Shown: positions 61,140 to 64,000 of the stretch, one piece after another | Layout of the letters: each line of letters starts with the position of its first letter | How positions within the stretch are numbered: position 1 is the stretch's first letter | Assembly: GCA_951406725.2 (NCBI GenBank) | Contig: OX597814.1 | Span: 47,864,001-47,928,000 of the forward strand | Reading direction: 5' to 3' | DNA: 64,000 nt | Origin: Octopus vulgaris | Taxonomy: Eukaryota | Position numbers and translations under genes: made by a program | The notes under the pieces: model-generated | What the model was told of the DNA's origin: nothing | The model's input: the letters and a program-made list of their open reading frames with translations, nothing else | The model's database searches: none

Positions 61140-63500
61140 TCATTTCTGACCATGCGTATTACTTCCAAAAAGCCAAGTAATAAATATTAGTAGGCGCCGA
61201 AGTATCTGGTCAACAACAAATTGAAAATTATATGCTTGCGAGTGAAACTGCTCATCATGAACCATTTAGAGTACATATAGAAACCATACCAAGAAGTGAA
61301 CAGAAATACCTTCATGAAAAAGAGCACATTAATAACAAACGGTATGGATTTGATATTGGAAATTTAATGCAAAACAGTGCTGAAAAACATTGAAAACTGT
61401 ATGCGAAGACATATTCCCTTGCCTAAAACATTTCCAAGCGATAGTGAGCAATAATCTTTTTCATTTGATATTTTTGAACGCAAGAATTACAATACTAGCT
61501 CTTGCGGAGTGTCAAAAAACAAGTTATATTTTATTTACTAAGTCATGCCTTTGAAAAAAGCACTTAATGTTTGAGCTCTGAGAATAGAGACTAATAGCGT
61601 AAATTATGTGACGGAATTCCTGAGCGTGAGCCTCGTAACCAGCATAAATTGAATTATGGTATCATTGAGAGAGGCGGGGAGATAGAAAAGAGGGAGGGAG
61701 AGGGAGAGAGAGAGAGAAGGAGAGAGAGAAGGAGAGAGAGAGAAGGAGAGAGAGAGAAGGAGAGAGAGAGAGAGATTGAAAAAAGAATTCATTCAAACAA
61801 ATGCTTAATACATTTTCTGCATAAACAAACTGTAGAAGAGGCGAACAGAATTATTTTTTGTTACAATAATTGATATTACCTTATTCTGGAGTGAAAGAGG
61901 ATTGGCGGCATTCCGTTGCACTCCTCATCTGACCAGTGATACTCACAATAATAGCTTCCTTGGTCTGGTTGAGCTTTTGTTTCATTGGGATCCCATGCTT
62001 GAAACCCATGTCAGGAAGGTCAAAGAAACCCAGGGAAAAGTAGCAAGATTGTAAACCCATTATTTGTCAGCTGAATCACAAAATCAATTCATTTCTCTTT
62101 ACTCCATTCTCTGAAAGATCAAAAGTAAAATACTATTCAATAAATGGTTGATGTAACACCTGATTCTGCACATGTCAAACAGACAACAGCTATCATACTT
62201 TATTCTTAAATGATAGATTGTGATTTCGAGATTTAGAGATTGCTATCTTTTGAAAACTGTTGTAAGAAAAGCGGTTCTAACGCTGCACACCCGATAAATC
62301 AAACACTGAGTAAAAATAGCATTCTCTTCGAAGATTACAGGGGTCAATGGTACCAATATGACAGCCTGTGGAAGAGAATAGGTAGGATATTAATGAAAAT
62401 CTTTTCGCTATTTTCTTATTATATCGATGCCATGCATTGAAATTCTGTGGCATGTTTTCAGTAGAGTACTGTACGGAAGCTGTTTCCTTTTGTTTTAAAA
62501 CTATTGAAATAGTCTATAATATCTTTTCCTGTACTCCAAAAAGGTAGCAAATTCTTACCATGCATAAGCTGTCAATCGTTGCATTGTGTGTCAGCTATCC
62601 AGTGATCATCTAGAATTGAGATGCGATATAATTTGCACCAGATTTCTTTTGCATCAAATTTACCCTATATGATGTTCTAAAACTTAATTTGAAATCAAAG
62701 ATCAGGAGCTATTAAAAAACATAAACTCGCTTTCATACACGTATTTATGATATTAATCATGTTTCAAACTCTGCTCTCTTCAACATCCGCGACATATAAG
62801 AGATGTCGCCGTTGATACTGAAGTGTACAAAATTAAAATATTCATTAAAAATGTGTAGAAACTGCGAGATCAATTTAACCCTGTTGAGAAATTCAAAACA
62901 TATACCTAGCAGATTGAAATTAAACTACAAGCAAATAAAAGAAAGGAAACCTATTTATGAGACCCAATCAAGTGGCGCAAGATAGACAACGAATCATTAT
63001 TATGGAAAATTTTTTTCAGGTCGTAGTTGGTTTTATCACGGCTGAACTAACAAGATTTCAAGCTGCAAAGGAAATTTTTGATACTTTTTCATTTCTCTGG
63101 CAGTCCTTTGTCTGTCTGGAAAAAATTTTTGACCCAAAATTGCGTTTTAATTTTAGAAGTTTTCAATTTTAGTGAAAACAGTAAAGAACTTTAGAATGAA
63201 CCAACAGACATGAAAATTATGCTAAACTGTGGCGACTTTGGAGAACAACACATTAAATCCTTTGATATAATCAACAAAATAAATAACTACTAGTTGGAAA
63301 ACAATGTTCCAAATCTTTGGGTATCACTCCAAGTTTTTTTCACTTAAAGTCACAATCTATACCAGCAGCCTCAACAAAACATTCAGTAAACTTAAACTGA
63401 CTCAAGGTTATCTAGTTACCTTAGCTTGAATGAGCATAAAATTGTAATTTAGTTAAACTATTGATTTCGGACATATCATACTAAACTTTGAACCCCTCCC
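61140..63500 (+). pseudogene. Degraded hAT transposase (ZMYM1/Tip100-like)
   Basis: ERGLAAFR, SFLGLVELL..WDPML, HYLSAESQNQFI, YYSI.VDVTPDSAHVKQ, YRGQWY, and C-terminal TFSKLKLTQGYL (hAT dimerization motif ERSFSxLK). Many frameshifts. Confidence 0.78.
61676..61775. repeat. (GA)-rich polypurine tract
   Basis: Direct reading. Confidence 0.9.
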
Positions 63501-64000
63501 CTTCCCACCCAAAGAAAAAAGGTATACAAGACTTTGCTGAAAAGGTGAAAGTCTAGTTAGTCATTCTTATGATCTTTAGCAAAAAAAAATAGTTAATTAA
63601 TACACGCTTTTTTTTTGCTTTAATAATAGGCGGGTAAGGCTCTAAAACAGTCTCGCCCTTGTATAAAATATTCTCTCACGTCCCTGGCAGTTCAATAATG
63701 TTGAATGCTCGTGTACTTAACATTGGAGCAACAGCTGTTTAAAGCTAAAGTTCGGAAGATAAAACGTAGCCTTTGATTTGTAGCTTTGGTTACATTATTA
63801 ATACGTTGCCATTATGAGGGATTATCAGAGATTGTAAGGTCGAGCGATAGTAAAGTTACTGAAAGTTTTAATTGTTAGTCACTCAGGAGTTAAAATTGCA
63901 TAGTATTTGTAACATAAACTTTTCTGGGTACGTTAACTTGTAAGCATACACGTATATCAAAGTTAGAACTTCATTTTTTATTCTCTCTTTTTTTAAAGGT

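Overview
AT-rich, microsatellite-dense eukaryotic DNA that is intergenic or intronic. The repeat complement is most consistent with an octopus (coleoid cephalopod) genome; this is an inference from the SINE families and simple-repeat content. I see no convincing intact host gene: nearly all ORFs in the track are translated microsatellites, SINEs or decayed transposons. Three tRNA-derived SINE families (my labels A, B, C) occur in roughly 27 copies or fragments, many with clear TSDs. Retroelements include a Penelope-like element (RT + GIY-YIG) and LINE remnants of several clades (R4/Dong-like, CRE-like, another RLE-type, Tx1/L1, RTE). DNA transposon remnants include a Tc1 with DD36E spacing, a mariner, two hAT transposases, a pogo/Tigger, Helitrons, a hAT MITE and four GGATC-ended MITEs with 8-bp TSDs. 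The most interesting signals are: (1) about seven minimal type-I hammerhead-ribozyme-like motifs in several unrelated repeats, including a tRNA-headed, hammerhead-tailed element present as a head-to-head palindrome (58455-58942) and a U3:A8 covariant core at the Penelope end; (2) Merlin-like MITEs carrying telomeric TTAGGG tracts; (3) concatemeric SINEs joined at a fixed junction; (4) a tandem composite Helitron. All calls were made by eye, with no database search or folding program.
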